Below, piece by piece: positions 40,568-55,916 of a stretch of 64,000 nt of DNA (position 1 is the stretch's first letter; the number at the start of each line of letters is the position of its first letter). The DNA is from Octopus sinensis (taxonomy: Eukaryota), in assembly GCF_006345805.1 (NCBI RefSeq), contig NC_043004.1, positions 7,192,001 through 7,256,000 on the forward strand, written 5' to 3'. The notes under the pieces are model-generated. The model did not search any database. It had not been told where the DNA came from and saw only the letters and a list, made by a program, of their open reading frames with translations. The translations under genes were made by a program, and so were the position numbers.

Positions 40568-41672
40568 AAAGCAACAGTCAAGATGAGGACAGCATTCCAA
40601 CTGATATAAACATTATGCATAATATGAATTTCTCATCTCAGAAATACAGAATTGTGTTATTATTGTAAATTCTAAATTTTAAGACATCAAAAGAATAAAC
40701 TCAAATACCAGCGCTTAGATAGATCCATATTTTAAAATTCAATTATCAATAAAGGATTTTTAGTGTGGGTTTTAAATTGTTAAATCTTCATGGGTAGTTC
40801 GCAATTTAAGTAGGCTCCGTATGGAGGCAAGAATGACCATACTAATATTTATTTGAGTTTTTATGTGCCGTATTTGCTGGCATAAAGGCGCACTTAAAAA
40901 AAAAAAAACTCTAAAAGAGATTAGCAGCCCGTGTCGTTTATGCGAAGTCGGGTTCTTTATTCCTACAGCCTACATTTGTCCTTGACGCTTGCTTTTTCGT
41001 GAATAGACGTTGCTGAAATTGTCTAATATGACTGTCCCCCTTTTATTCCATAAAAAACGTTATTTATTTAATCCCCATCGTTTGTATTCATACGTGTTTA
41101 TATAAAATAAGTTAATGAAATAATGTTCATGAAACAACCAACATAATAGTCAGGAATCTTCAGTAATACAATAGGATAGATAATATAGAGTTACTGAAGG
41201 CCAAGTAAGTACAAAGAGCTAAAACTGCTGTATATAAGCAATATGTGAATGGTTCGACATTACAATTCAAGATTGGTCGAAAGACTAACTCATTGAGCAA
41301 GTGACATAGTTTCGAGTGGATTGCCGATTGGCTCTGGTCTGAGGCTGAATTCGCCAACTTTTTATAACCTCAAGCCAAATTTTCCAAAACCTTCGATCAA
41401 GCTTTTTGGTAAGAAAAGTGGTACTCTAGATTTGAAGTTCGCCGCACCAACCATAAGTTAGTAAGTGCTGATTGGTTTAGGCATGTTTGCGTAGGCGTTA
41501 TTGCCTTTTATGGTGATATGATAGGCCGTGGTCTTGAGCTGAGAGAATTTCAAAGTGATGGTTCAAAACTCATCAGGAGTCACGCAACAGATTGAATTAA
41601 AATATTTTATTTTATTCGATTCATCTGATCACATATGTTTTTTTAGTATATGCTACTTCACTGAGAGAGAGT

Positions 41673-41749
<77 letters not shown>

Positions 41750-42328
41750 TTAAAAAGTGGAAGCGAGAAGAAAAGATATGTAAACAAAAATATAGTGAAA
41801 ACTTTATGCAGTTAAAACTAATATTTGAGTGAAGACTGCGAGGAAGCGCATACATGAATACATTACTGTGTGACTAGGAAGTTCGGTTTGCAATCAGGTT
41901 CAGTCAATTTACGCGGCATCTTCGGCAAGCGTCTTCTATTAGAATCCTGAGTCGATCAATGCTTTGTGATTAATAGGTGTAGACGGAAAGTGTACGGAAG
42001 CCCATCGTATGTATGTATGTATGTATGTATGTATGTATATGTGTATGTCGTTGTTTTTATCTCTCAACGTTTGACAGCCGAACAGTTTTTTTTTATGTAC
42101 TTGTGTTTTAAACTTGGAGATACGTATTTTGTCGATTTGGTCGACTAAACTCATCAATACGATGACTGAAACAAGCCAAGGAATAAAATAAAATAAAATT
42201 CGTGGTGAGTGTGTATGTTTGTGTGTGTGTTTGTGTGTGTGTATATGTGTGTGTGTGAATGTGTGTGTACTTGTATGTCCCTAGTAAAGCGATGTAGTTA
42301 ATGAATTAGAAAGCAAAGAGAAAGAGCA

Positions 42329-42370
<42 letters not shown>

Positions 42371-44069
42371 GAGAGAGAAGGGGAGAAAGGAAAAGAGCTA
42401 TTATGCAAGTGAGAAAAACTTGGATGAAAATGTGATGAGAAAGGAAAGGAAGGAGATGAAAAAGAAGAGCTCAAGTTTATAAAGTAGAAAGAGAGAGGTG
42501 AGGGAGAAAGAAAGAGAGAGAAGAAATACAGAGATAGAGAGAGCGAGAGAACGCTATAGTAGATGACCGACTTAATTAATCTAGTTTTGAACTAAATGAC
42601 ATAACAAACACACAACAGGATGCCGAAAGAGAGCATCATGTCGTGAGTTTAACCATCACTCTCATAAGAGGAGCAAGCAATGCAGTTGAGCAGGAGAGCG
42701 AGAACAACAAAATCATAGCATACATTACAATAGATGTCAACAAATACCATTATTCTTGCATTCTTTTACTATTACGAGTACTATAATCGTACTATAATTG
42801 TTTTATTATTATATAACAACTATAATTTTTGCATTCTTTTATAACAGTGCAATTCTCTTACTTTCAAAATACCATTTAGCGACAAAAGCAGTATTAAGAC
42901 CGAAAGGTAATATTTATCACCATTTAATAGTGGATGTCGTGGTAGAACACACGATACTGCGATATTTATCACGAGAGAATCTTTCATATGGCTTTGGGGT
43001 GCATGTGAGTATGCTGTTTCATACTGCTAGCGGGAGACAATCGCCGCCATCCCCGCTGCCAGGACTATCAGATCACGTAATTTCGACCTTCTTTGGCCTT
43101 ATCAGTGATAGATACCCGGCTGCTGAAAACAGCAGTAACCGTCCCACTAGCGATATGCATAAAATCACAGAGCTCAATCAAGCGCTGGTGTCGCTAAAAC
43201 CCAGTGGACTTACTCAAGAATAATTAAAGCGATAGAAGGTAAAATTTATCACCACTTAAAAGTATGTGGTACCGCGATATTTAGTATGAGAGAATTTAAT
43301 CTAGTTTGGTGCATATGAGCACTCTTGTTTACATCGCTATTTTCTTCTATTTTTAATCGTGTTCTGTCTGTTGCTTCTTATTCTTATAGTATACTGTTTT
43401 TGCATCCCTTCTTTTTCGTATACAATGTCATCAATGTAATTTTGTTTTGTAGATATTTAAAAACTAAAACTTTAACGAATAATATGTGGAAAACAAAGTA
43501 AAAATAACAGCAACTTCAAACAAGACACGAAAATAGATTTTACAGTTTTCAATGGGGTGCGGAGAGAACCAGAGTCTTTATATGTATATTCGTATGCGTG
43601 TGTGTATGTGTGTGTACACACACACACAGAGACACATATATGTATGAACGTATGTATGTATGTATATATGTGTATATATGTATGTACGCATATAGGAAGT
43701 CTGCATAACTGTTAAGATTATAGTGCAAATGCAATGAAGAATAAAAAAGAGAACACTGGTAGGACAAGATGTAAGAAACCGTATAAGCTTGATCCTTTAA
43801 TGGAAGGAGAAAGAGTCTTAACGTCTCGAACGTCAGTTCTTCAGTAGAAGAAAAATAAAAGGATGGGGGAAGAAAAGGTATAATTGTTGAGAAAAGGAAA
43901 AGGAAAACAGAGACGAGGGCTTATGAACCATGTGTGAATACAGTTCTATGGCTGGGAGTTAAGAGTGGAAGGACGGGTGTGATGTGCAAGTATAAGAGTG
44001 TATTCGTGTCTCTCTCTACCATTAATATCTTAAGCTAATATCCTATTTGTTGATATATATTATATATAT

Positions 44070-44103
<34 letters not shown>

Positions 44104-44104
44104 A

Positions 44105-45140
<1,036 letters not shown>

Positions 45141-46187
45141 TGTGTATAATGGGACATATGTATGTAGAAGTGGATTAGAATATACGAGTATTTTAAGATT
45201 ATATGTATATTTATGAGTGTGTCTATATGATTGTGTGGACTTGCATATATGGATATGGTTATATGTGCACAGTTGCACCTAAACGTTGTATCCATTCACA
45301 GTTAGACGGTGATGAGAGGAACAAACACATACCCACACATATATATATGTGTGTGCGTCTATACAAACATATATGTGTGTATATATATAACCTTCAACAA
45401 AGTAACAGTCATGTACACAACTTGGACAGACACATACCAAAACACGGACATACTTTCACATACACATACACATGTACACACTCTCACAGACGCGTTTGCC
45501 CATTCTCCTAGACACTCACATACATACGTAGCACATGAGTACATACATACATACATACATACATACATACATACAAACGTATGGGCATACACACGTACAT
45601 ACGCACGTACATGTACGCACACACATACATGGGCACATGAATACGTGCGCGTATACATACATACGCACATGCGTACGTATGTGCATACACACATACATAC
45701 ATGCATACATACGTACATACATACATACATACATGCATACATACATACATACGTATATATATTTAACCTGAACTAACTAGATGTAGGGAGGGAAAAAAAC
45801 AAGTAATAGTAAAACAAAGTTCTGTGATGTAGAGATAAATGTCTGATGATAGGTTTTAGGGTTTTGTTTTGGGGGGTGAGGGTCGTAAATCACTTCCTAG
45901 TTTCGGCGGGGGAGGTTGAAATTTGATATTATTGTGATGAGTGGTCAGTCTACATCTATCCATCACTACAGGTTTATAGCTTTAAGTTTATAGTGTGTAT
46001 GTGCGTGCATATACACACACATACATACATACATATATATACATACATACATACATACATACATACACAGGCGTATGTACGTACATACATACATACATGC
46101 ATGCATGCGTGTATACATACATACACACATACATACGTACATATATATGACGAACTAACTGTTACTTTCTCAGATGCAGCACGGATT

Positions 46188-46237
46188 TTTGTCAGTGAAC
46201 AGGTCGCGGATTTTAGCGACGAAAATATTTTGACAAA
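46188..46237 (+). ncRNA. Second copy of the G3-C8 hammerhead-like motif
   Basis: UUUGUCA GUGAACA G GUCGC ggauuuua GCGAC GAAA AUAU U U UGACAAA. Confidence 0.6.
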
Positions 46238-46372
46238 TTAAACTTAAATGTTGAAGTGAATCGAACGGCTTTTGTGTGTTTCTTAAATGGCTTACAAACA
46301 CCTTCCACGCTGCAATTGTTTTCGTTCCAGCACACGATCTCAGATCAAATCACTTGCTATGTGAGTACACCT

Positions 46373-46405
<33 letters not shown>

Positions 46406-46406
<1 letters not shown>

Positions 46407-47317
46407 GAGCGGGTACCCCAAAGAAACCGGAATTTTGCAATATTATTTTATTCACTTAGATTTTCATGTTTATACTTTTATCGCCTTCAAAGTATTCTCC
46501 ATTTGAAGCAATGCATCGGTCCGAGCGCGTTTTCCTGGATGCAGTGCTGGAACAGTGCGAACTGATGCCTGGAACTCTTGCCAAGTGATGCTTTTAACGT
46601 CTCCGTCGTTTTTTTCTTCACCTCTTCCGCAGCTGCAAATTCCATAGCACCAGCTTTCGTCACCAGTGATGACCTTCGAAAAACAGCCCGGATCAATTCC
46701 AACTGTTCTTTTAGTTCACGGCATGCATTCAGTCGTGACTGCTTTAGATCTTCCTTGAGCAAGCGAGACACAAATTTGGCTGCAACTCTTTTCATTCGCA
46801 ATTCCTCGTTGAAATTCGTTGGCAGGAGCTTCAGGACACACAGGTCATATCAACAGGTTCGTCAGTAGTTCGATGATGGTCGTCCAAGATCAGTTCATGG
46901 ATTTTCATGATGTTTTCATTCGTTTGGGAGGTCGACGGTCGCCCTGAACGAGGTTGGTTTTCAAGCGACAAGTGACCATTCCTAAAGCGTAGAAATCACT
47001 CGTAAACTTGTGTTTTATTCATGGCAGCGTCCTTGTAAGCTGTTCGAAGCATGACAACTGTTTCGGCCGCCGTTTTCCCCAGCAGAAAACAGAATTTCAC
47101 AGAAGCCCTCTGTTCCTTCGTTTTAGCCATCGCAAAAATCGACGAACAGGGAGAAACACTGCAAAACAAAGATGCATCATGTGGCAGTACGACCTAACTA
47201 GATGATGCCAGTCGGCCGACCGGTGCCTGAGGGTCGCATCAAGGGGATTCTAGGGACGGAAGCCTGAACTACAATGGGTTTGTCCCAAAGAGAACTTTTC
47301 CGGTTACTTTTGGGTAG
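46406..47317 (-). mobile_element. Internally deleted mariner
   Basis: MKRVAAKFVSRLL; imperfect TIRs TACCCCAAAGAAACCGGAA / TTCCGGTTACTTTTGGGTA. Confidence 0.8.
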
Positions 47318-47485
47318 GTGCAGGCGTAGCTGTGTGACAAGAAGTTTGATTTCCAACCACATGGTTCCGAGTTCAGTCCCACTGAGTGGCACATTGGGCA
47401 AGCATTTTCTACTAAAGCCCCGGACAGACCAAAGCCTCGTGAGTGGGTTTGGTAGATGGAAACTGAAAGAAGTCTGTCGTATAAC
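47316..47485 (+). mobile_element. Family C SINE head fragment
   Basis: Reverse complement of 5270-5430. Confidence 0.7.
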
Positions 47486-48540
47486 TATATATATATATAT
47501 ATATATGTATATAAATAGAGAGAGTGCACCCGCCCTCACTCACTCTTTCTCTCTCTCTCTCTCTTTCAGTCACACTCACACTCAGACGTATAGATGGAGA
47601 TTAGTTGTGTGAATCAGTGAAGCAATGATCTGAAAAAACAAACAAACAAACAAACAAACAAAAAAAAAAAAACAAGCAAACAATATGTTTGCAAATTATT
47701 TTTGCAAAAAACATTTAGTTCGATGCTTTACTTTTCTGGTCGCCTCTATTTTACGTGCTGTAGGTCAGATGCGATAAGAGAAACGATACATAAATGATAT
47801 TATTGTCGTTCAGTCACAACGCTGCTGGGATTATTAATAATTGCTGTTATGCAATTATTTCATGTTACGAATTACCAACTAAACAATGAGCCTGAGAAAA
47901 CAACGGCGAAGAGCAAAAAGTACATGTATATTTAAAATTTCGGTTAAGTATGTATTTTTTTTTTGCCTCATTCATGAGATATTTTAACCTTTAATTTTAA
48001 AAGAAGGCTTGTGAGCTGCTGAGAATTCGGGAATTTGGAGAGTTAAAGTAAATAGTTTTATTCTATGTTAATCAGTCTCTTAGGCGCATATCAACAGCTT
48101 CCAGCTATTTTGTGGCAATGTTTATCAGTCAAGTCTCTTTATCTGCCTTTTTACTGCTCTAGTTTAATTCTCTTCTCTGTAAATTCCTCCCTGTCTTTTT
48201 CGTATCCGTCTATCTGCCTGCCTGTTTATCTGCCTATTTCGCATCTTTGCATTACCAGCCAATTACCGGCCTCTATGCGCTCGCTCAACGGCCTTGAAAT
48301 ATTAACTAAATGTCTCTCAAACTTTCATTCAGTTCTATGTCAATTACCACTGCCATCACATGAAGCAATCTTTTTAACCACACAATGATGCCTGCGACCG
48401 CAAAATACATAAATAAATATATAAATGAAAATAAAAATAAAAATACAATTCACAAACCACTTAGTATAACAGATGCCCACTGTCAACAGCAGCTACAAAA
48501 GAATCTAGTTGCATACATTGATATATGGGAATATATATAA

Positions 48541-48950
48541 TTCTTTTTACTCTTTCACTTGTTTCAGTCATGTGACTGTGCCCATGCTGGAGCACCGCCT
48601 TTTAGTCGAGCAAATCGACCCCAGGACTTATTCTTTGTAAGCCTAGTACTTATTCTATCGGTCTCTTTTGCCGAACCGCTAAGTTACGGGGACGTAAATA
48701 CACCAACATCGGTTGTCAAGTGACGTTGGGGAGACAAACACAGACACACAAACATATACACACACATACATATATATATATATACAGATATACGACGGGC
48801 TTCTTTCAGTTTCCGTCTACCAAATCCACTCACAAGGCTTTGGTCGGCTCGAGGCTATAGTAGAAGACACTTGCCCAAGGTGCCACGCAGTGGGACTGAA
48901 CCCGGAACCATGTGGTTCGTAAGCAAGCTACTTACCACAGCGCCACTCCT
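48541..48950 (-). mobile_element. Full-length family C SINE
   Basis: Near-identical to 5050-5435. Confidence 0.88.
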
Positions 48951-49154
48951 TGGCACAAGACCAGCAATCTTGAGGGAAGAGTAAACGTGACAATACCTCA
49001 CCAACTTTCCTCCCTTCCCACACCATCACAAACTATCCCCATGATATACATAAACACACCAACATTACAGCTCTCCGCTAAACAAGAACGGTAGAAATGA
49101 TCTAAAACTTTTCCAACTTTCAACCGAAATACCCTCTAAAATTCCAAATATAAG

Positions 49155-49210
<56 letters not shown>

Positions 49211-49369
49211 TATATTAAAATTATAAATTATAGTATCTACGAGATACCACCATGCTGAAAATAGCAGCCATGATTCGACTCTAAAACCCCCTTAAGTGTT
49301 CATATAGCAACATGGAGAGAAGACAAAGAGACAAGATGAAACTAGTAAAAAATTACTGGATAATATATA

Positions 49370-49470
<101 letters not shown>

Positions 49471-50314
49471 CAGATAGATAGATACAGACACATATATACA
49501 CATACATATGTGCAAGGGTGTTGGAGGATTTACCTGGCTTAAGAATTTATTGTGTATTTATATTTTCTGTGTATTTTCATTGCTCCAAAATAATATATTA
49601 TAAATATCATTACTTATATACACTTAAAACCGAATAGGGGAAATATTTATAAAACATAGCTATGAAACATTGTCCATAAACTTTACCCCGTCCCCCCGAA
49701 AAAAACACAAAGATTAAATTTTCTATTTAATAATCAGATAACATCAAGAAAATTAACTTCTAGTGAGAAATCTGCAACCTACTAATCTTTGCATATACTT
49801 ATATCCTTTTGAGAATCTTAAAGTGCAAGATAAACAAATGTCTATACTAAATACATCATGAGCTAAAGCTGACAATCCTAAATGAACACACACATACACC
49901 TAACAAAAAGTCTTACATGTTTCACTGAATTCTGAACAATAACCCCCATATCCTCCAAACAGACAGTTAAATCTCCCATTAGTATTTAAATAAAATCAAC
50001 AACTAAACCTATTTATACATCTGCTGACGAACTAACTTTTTCACTTACATAATTTTTTTTGTAAACCCTTAAAATTCAAATCCAAGACTTAAAGCTGATG
50101 CACTTAAATAGACACACTTGATTACAAAATTCTACATGAATGATTGAATGCTGAACATTAACCCAGCTCCAAATTTAATCAACAAGAATCTTCTATAATA
50201 CATATTCATCAGAACTTACCCTGCAACCTAATTATCTTTTAATGGAGCTTAAGCTACTCTAGAAAAATTAAACTTACAAGGGACTATTTAGAGCCAGATG
50301 AACTGAAATATGCC

Positions 50315-50356
50315 ACAGTCTGAAGAAGGTTAAGCAAGTCAAAACTAAGTCACTGT
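50315..50356 (+). ncRNA. Decayed hammerhead motif
   Basis: ACAGU CUGAAGA ..weak stem II.. AAAA CUAAG U C ACUGU; perfect 5-bp stem I and GUC site, but G12 is A. Confidence 0.45.
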
Positions 50357-50382
50357 CAACACTTTTCTTGTGAAAGAACCTC

Positions 50383-50668
50383 CATACATACATACATACA
50401 TACATACATACATACATACATACATACATACATACATACATACATACATACATAATACATACATACATACATACATACATACATAGATGCATGCACGCAT
50501 ACATGCATGCATGCATACATACATACATACATACATACATACATACATGCATGCATACATACATGCATGCATGCATACATACATGCATGCATACATACAT
50601 GCATGCATGCATACATACATGCATGCATGCATACATACATACATGCATGCATACATACATACATACAT
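50383..50668. repeat. (CATA)n/(CATG)n microsatellite
   Basis: Direct reading. Confidence 0.95.
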
Positions 50669-52320
50669 GCAAAGAATATGCATGAGATGAAAAAGAGCCT
50701 TGACCTAGTTACAACATTCTCAAATGATCTAGGGTTGGCGTTTGGTCAGGATAAATGTTGTTTTATGGTTGTGAAAAGGGGAAAACGATAAACCAGACTA
50801 GTAACATCTTCATCAATGATTTGAATGTTTCCCCTGTATCTGACGAGGTATCTAGCGGTGGATAGAAATATATATTACAATGGCACTTGTAACAAAACAC
50901 GTGTCACTAAAGAATATTACAGCCGAATAATGAAAATTAGGTTCTCAGAACTCTCTGCATTCAATAAAACAGTGGTCCACAATGTGTTTGCTGTGCCACT
51001 TCTCATACCAACATTTGGACTGTTTGACTGGACGCTTGATGAGATCCGATGTGAAAATCCGAAAAATACTAATAAGCACACATAATTTCCACATAAACAG
51101 TGACGTAGACCGCTCTTACCTAAAACGAAAATAAGGCGACAGAGGCTTAGCATCGATTCAAAATGCCTTTGAATGTCGCATCATATCCCTTCGGCAACAT
51201 CTTTTAACCACCAAGTGTTGAAGTGCATCCCTTGACCAAGCTTGCATACATGAGGCTGATAACATTATAAGACTTGGAAGGCAGTTCCTTGAACAACACT
51301 CTTTGATAACCTAGAATACATGACCAAAGAAGTTGCACAATTCTACCGCAACATATCAGATGAAAGGCTGAGCCTATATGAGCAGAAGACTATGCATGGA
51401 TATATTAGTAGAAAGCTCCGTGATAATAGTTTGATAGATCCTCAAAGCTGTTTATCATGGACGAATAACTGGATTATTACCTCCCATTTTGAAGGGTGTG
51501 CATTAGCAATTCAGGAACAAGAAATATCAACCAAGTACCTGATGCACAAAAGGGATAGAGATGCAGGTAAAGCAGTAAAATGTTACAACCGATGTAGACT
51601 TTGTGGAGTTCACTCTGAAGATATCACCCACATCATAAGCAATTGTCCGAAAACATCATCACGGTATTAATCTATCGATGAGACATGATGTTGTAGCTAG
51701 GACACTCTGTAATGAAATCCGTCGGAAGGATAATCCCGAGGACAAAGAAATAAGAACCCACAATATGGTAGAAGCCATAAACACTCGTAATAACAAGGAC
51801 TACTAGTAGAATGTCCTAGTGAAGACCTCAATGAAATGTAAGCACAACACCTGGTATAATGATTTGGGATAAAGAAGAGAAAATGCGCAGAGTTGTGGAA
51901 ATTAGCTGCCCAACGGATGTTAACATGAAGCTGAAGATCAGTGAAAAAGAGAACACCTATGCTGAACTATCGAGAAATCTGCAGTTACTCTATCCAAATT
52001 ACAAGTATGCCAATCTTGAGAAATTAGGCTTCTCAAAACCAGAAAGGAAAAAGCTAATTCGAAGACTAAAGATCCAATCCATCACTGGAACTGTAAACAT
52101 CTGTAAAACTTTCCAGAAGTTTATCATTTAAATATATATGAGCATGTTTAGATATGCAACTATATGCATGAGAATACATACATAAAACATACATACATAC
52201 ATACATACATACATACAAAAATAACCTGTTGTTGATATTCCAATGAAGGAATCTTGGATCTAGGATAGAAACTGGTTCTTTCTCTATTGGTAAGAAATCT
52301 TAAAATAAACTGAATAATGG
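50668..52320 (+). mobile_element. R4/Dong-like RLE non-LTR retrotransposon, 5' truncated, degenerate
   Basis: LAFGQDKC (RT end); FAVPLL; MHG; EGCALAIQEQEISTK; CRLC..EDITHIISNCP (CCHC); RHD; IMIWD..VVEISCP (RLE); flanked by (CATA)n. Confidence 0.85.
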
Positions 52321-53756
52321 CATACATACATACATATATACATACATAAATACATACATACATACATACATACATACATACATACACACATACACACACA
52401 CAGACGGAGAGACACATACACACACAGACGGAGAGACACATACACACACACACACACACACACAAACGAACAGACACACGCAGGCGGACAGACACACACA
52501 GAAGGACAGATATACACACGCACATATATACACATACATATACGCATATTTACACATTATGTATGCATGTGTGTGTGCGCGTGTGTGTATGTTTGTTTGT
52601 GTGTGTGTATGTATGTATGTATGTATGTGTGTGTGTGTGTGTGTGGTGTGTGTGTGTGTGTGTGTGTGTGTGTGGTTGTAGTGCTAGCAAAATTCGTCGC
52701 CAGCCATGTCATCCCATTAATTCATTATCATTGCCAAAGTCAGAATGTTACCGGATTATTTATTTGCTTATTCTAGTTTCGGTCTGTAATGTTTGTTGTG
52801 GTTTCAGTTGAAAAGGACAATTGTTTCTTAATTCAGGAAGTGAAGTATGTGTCGAATCGCTGTTACAAGTGGTTCTCGTCGTAGTTATTAATTGGATCTG
52901 TGTCGGAAATGACAAACAAATGGAGATATAGGAGAGATAACAATGAAAATTTCTCATAAATAAAAAAAATAAAGCCATTAATTTCGTTACTAAGAATATA
53001 TTTGGTTACAATGGAGTATCGTTTTAAAATTCTTCCAACCTTTTGAATTAGTTCAAATTTTCGCCAGATTTAAAAAGATTTTTTTTCTTTCTTTTAATGT
53101 ATTTATGCATGTTGATAACGAAATATTCATATTTTTTCAAGAAATTAATGATAAAAATGTTACAAAAATCTAGGAAAAAACGTGACTTTTGTCGTGTATG
53201 CAAAACTACATCAGGATTAAAAAATTTGCAAAAATCTGGAGGAAATTTGAAATAATTCAAGTAGATTAAAGGATTTCAAAAAAGATCTACAATGGATTCA
53301 CCTAAGTGCCAAGTTATAAAAAAATTAGATCTCCCCCATCCGCTAGCACTCCAGCCAAAATTAGAAATTCCGAAGTAAACGTGCGCTAAAAATGTGACAA
53401 AATTAAAATTCTGAAAAAAAAATTCTTGGAAGTTGTTTATAATCTGAAATTTTACCAACTAGTTGAATTTAATGCTCTTTTTTATGTTCTTGGTAAAATT
53501 AAAAAAAAAAAAAAATTAAAAAAAATTTTAGTTTTAATTATTGTTTTCTTATACAGATATTTATGTTCGCTTTGCAATCACGGGGTTTCGGGTTCAGCCC
53601 CACTGTGTGGGCGACACCTTGGGTGCGTGTTTTCTACTATAACCCCGAGCTTTGAGAGTGAATTTGGTAAAGGTGAAACTGTAAACTTGTTGTACACACA
53701 CACATACACACACACAAACACACACGCACACATTCACACACACACACACGCACACA

Positions 53757-53793
<37 letters not shown>

Positions 53794-55475
53794 TTATGTA
53801 TTTATGCTTGTATTTGTCCCCCACAATCACTCGACAACCGGTGTTGATTTGTTTATGTTCCCGTAACTTAGCGGTTAGAATACATACCAAACTTAAAAAT
53901 AACGATTTGTTCGACTAAAGGCTGTGCCGCATTCCAATGCCAGAAACAAATAAACGGTAAAATAAAAGATGAAATATAAACATTTTGGATTTAAGAAGAT
54001 GCATTGGAAAGAAAAAAGCTGAGTGGAAATTGAGAGGTGGCTTTCAAAAATTCCTAACGTGCGCTGCAACACTTGATGAGTGATAACGAAAACAGGCCTG
54101 CTTAAATTGCTCCGAAACGAAGTATATCTATCCTCGTTTTTTTCACTGATCCATTCACCACTGATCCCGAATAACACAGTATGTTCAGTTGTGAACCATG
54201 TTATGCATATCACGGATTGATTTGGGATAGTACGAATCGGCAATCAGTCAAAGATTTTGTTTAGACCGGAAAAGTGTCCCCACCCTATCAACCATCCACA
54301 ATGCTCAACTACCCGTAATGCACTGGTTATTGCTCCTGTTTACATGACCATGCCACGAAGATGCGTATTTTTATACGGATTTACGTAGACCTACCCATCA
54401 ATATACCACCAGCGAACAGAAAAAATATTTTTCACTTTTACATTTTTATTAAATTTTACTTTAAATATCATTCCAACCATGACACAATACCATTATGTGG
54501 ATTTAAAACTGTCAGGAGATGTTATTTGGGGGACAGCTGAGGGTCTTGGAATGAAACCTATTTTTTTTTTACATATGTTGTATTATTCACTTGTCACTGA
54601 TTCATTCAACACGTTTTTTTTTCGTCATAAACGAGGGTAGATGTAATACAAATTCATTGAGACAATACCGAAGAAATGAGCATGGATTAAAAGAACGTAC
54701 GTTCGCTGGGAAAAAAAGTGAGATAATTTTCTCGTCACGCTTTATGTTTTCATGATGATGTTAATGAGAAACGAAAAGGGTCCGAATCGAATGTGTTTGA
54801 AAAGTGGTTGGGTATACAATTTACCGTATGGATGTAATTTATTTTGAAGGCAAAGCGTATCTACATCTATAAATAGTCTTATGGAAAAGTATAAAACGGT
54901 TTAACTAGACAAAATCCAGAGTCTCAATATTGTGCCAAAGGGAAGCTTAAGCTACCTCAATGGTTCAAGTTTATTGTAATGGATTCTAGTCAGCTCTGAA
55001 CGATGATTTATTCGACTAAAAGGCGGTGCTCCAGTATGGCTGCAATCAAATGACTGAAACAAGTAAAAGAGTTAAAAATGGATATAAATGGAGGCAAAGT
55101 TGTGTGGCTAAGAAGCTGGCTTTGCAACTAGGTGGTCTCGGGTTCAGTTCCAGAGCCTTCTACTATAGCCCCGGGCCGAGAGAGTTTGGTAGACGGAAAC
55201 TGTGTTGAATCCCGTTGTATATATACATATATGTGTGGGTTTGTCCCCACCACTGCTTGGCAACCGGTATTGGTTTCTTTACGTCACCTTAACCTAGTGA
55301 TTCGGCAAAAGAACCGATAGAATAAGTAGCTGATTAAAAAAAAACAAAAAACAATAAGTACTGGTATTGATTTGTTAGATTAAAAACTCTTAATGGCCGG
55401 AGTTCAATGGATGAAATAAGTAAAAGATGAAAGATATTTTGAGTTTCTTCTACCGATCACTAACGAAGAAAATGA

Positions 55476-55916
55476 GGCGGAATTCTGGTTTAACCCCCCC
55501 CCCCCCCCACCATGTAACTCCTCATAATTTTATTTTTACTTTTGTGAATTTTCAGAAAAGTCTTCCGAATTTGTGTTCTACAAACGGGAATTCATACGAT
55601 TATGCAAAAAAAAAAAAAAAAATTCGTGTGATTTAAGGGCTATTTAGCTGTTACTTTTAGCACATCTCACGACCACCTGATATCGTCCTCGCTTCTTTGT
55701 CACTCTGCTTTTCAATATCTTTCTCTCTATAAATACGTTTAATGGATTATTGCTGGGGTTTAAGCCAAAATCTCGGAAAAGTTTTAAAAGATTGTTTTCA
55801 TTGTCATATGAATACCCATGTGTAGAATAAAAATTTGCAAAAATTTTATGAAAATTCCGAAAAATAAAAAAGTTATGAGGAGGTTTATATGGGGGTGCTT
55901 AAACCAGAATTCTGCT
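55476..55916. mobile_element. MITE with ~55-bp TIRs and 8-bp TSD (Merlin-like)
   Basis: GAAAATGA|GGCGGAATTCTGGTTTAA ... TTAAACCAGAATTCTGCT|GAAAATGA. Confidence 0.8.

Noticed and set aside
43812-43842. Minus-strand CUGAAGAAC..GUUCGAGACGUU remnant
   Set aside because: GAGA instead of GAAA, and stem II overlaps the core.
52830-52932. Possible extra exon after TTCTTAATTCAG
   Set aside because: No convincing donor before stop codons and no recognisable protein pattern.
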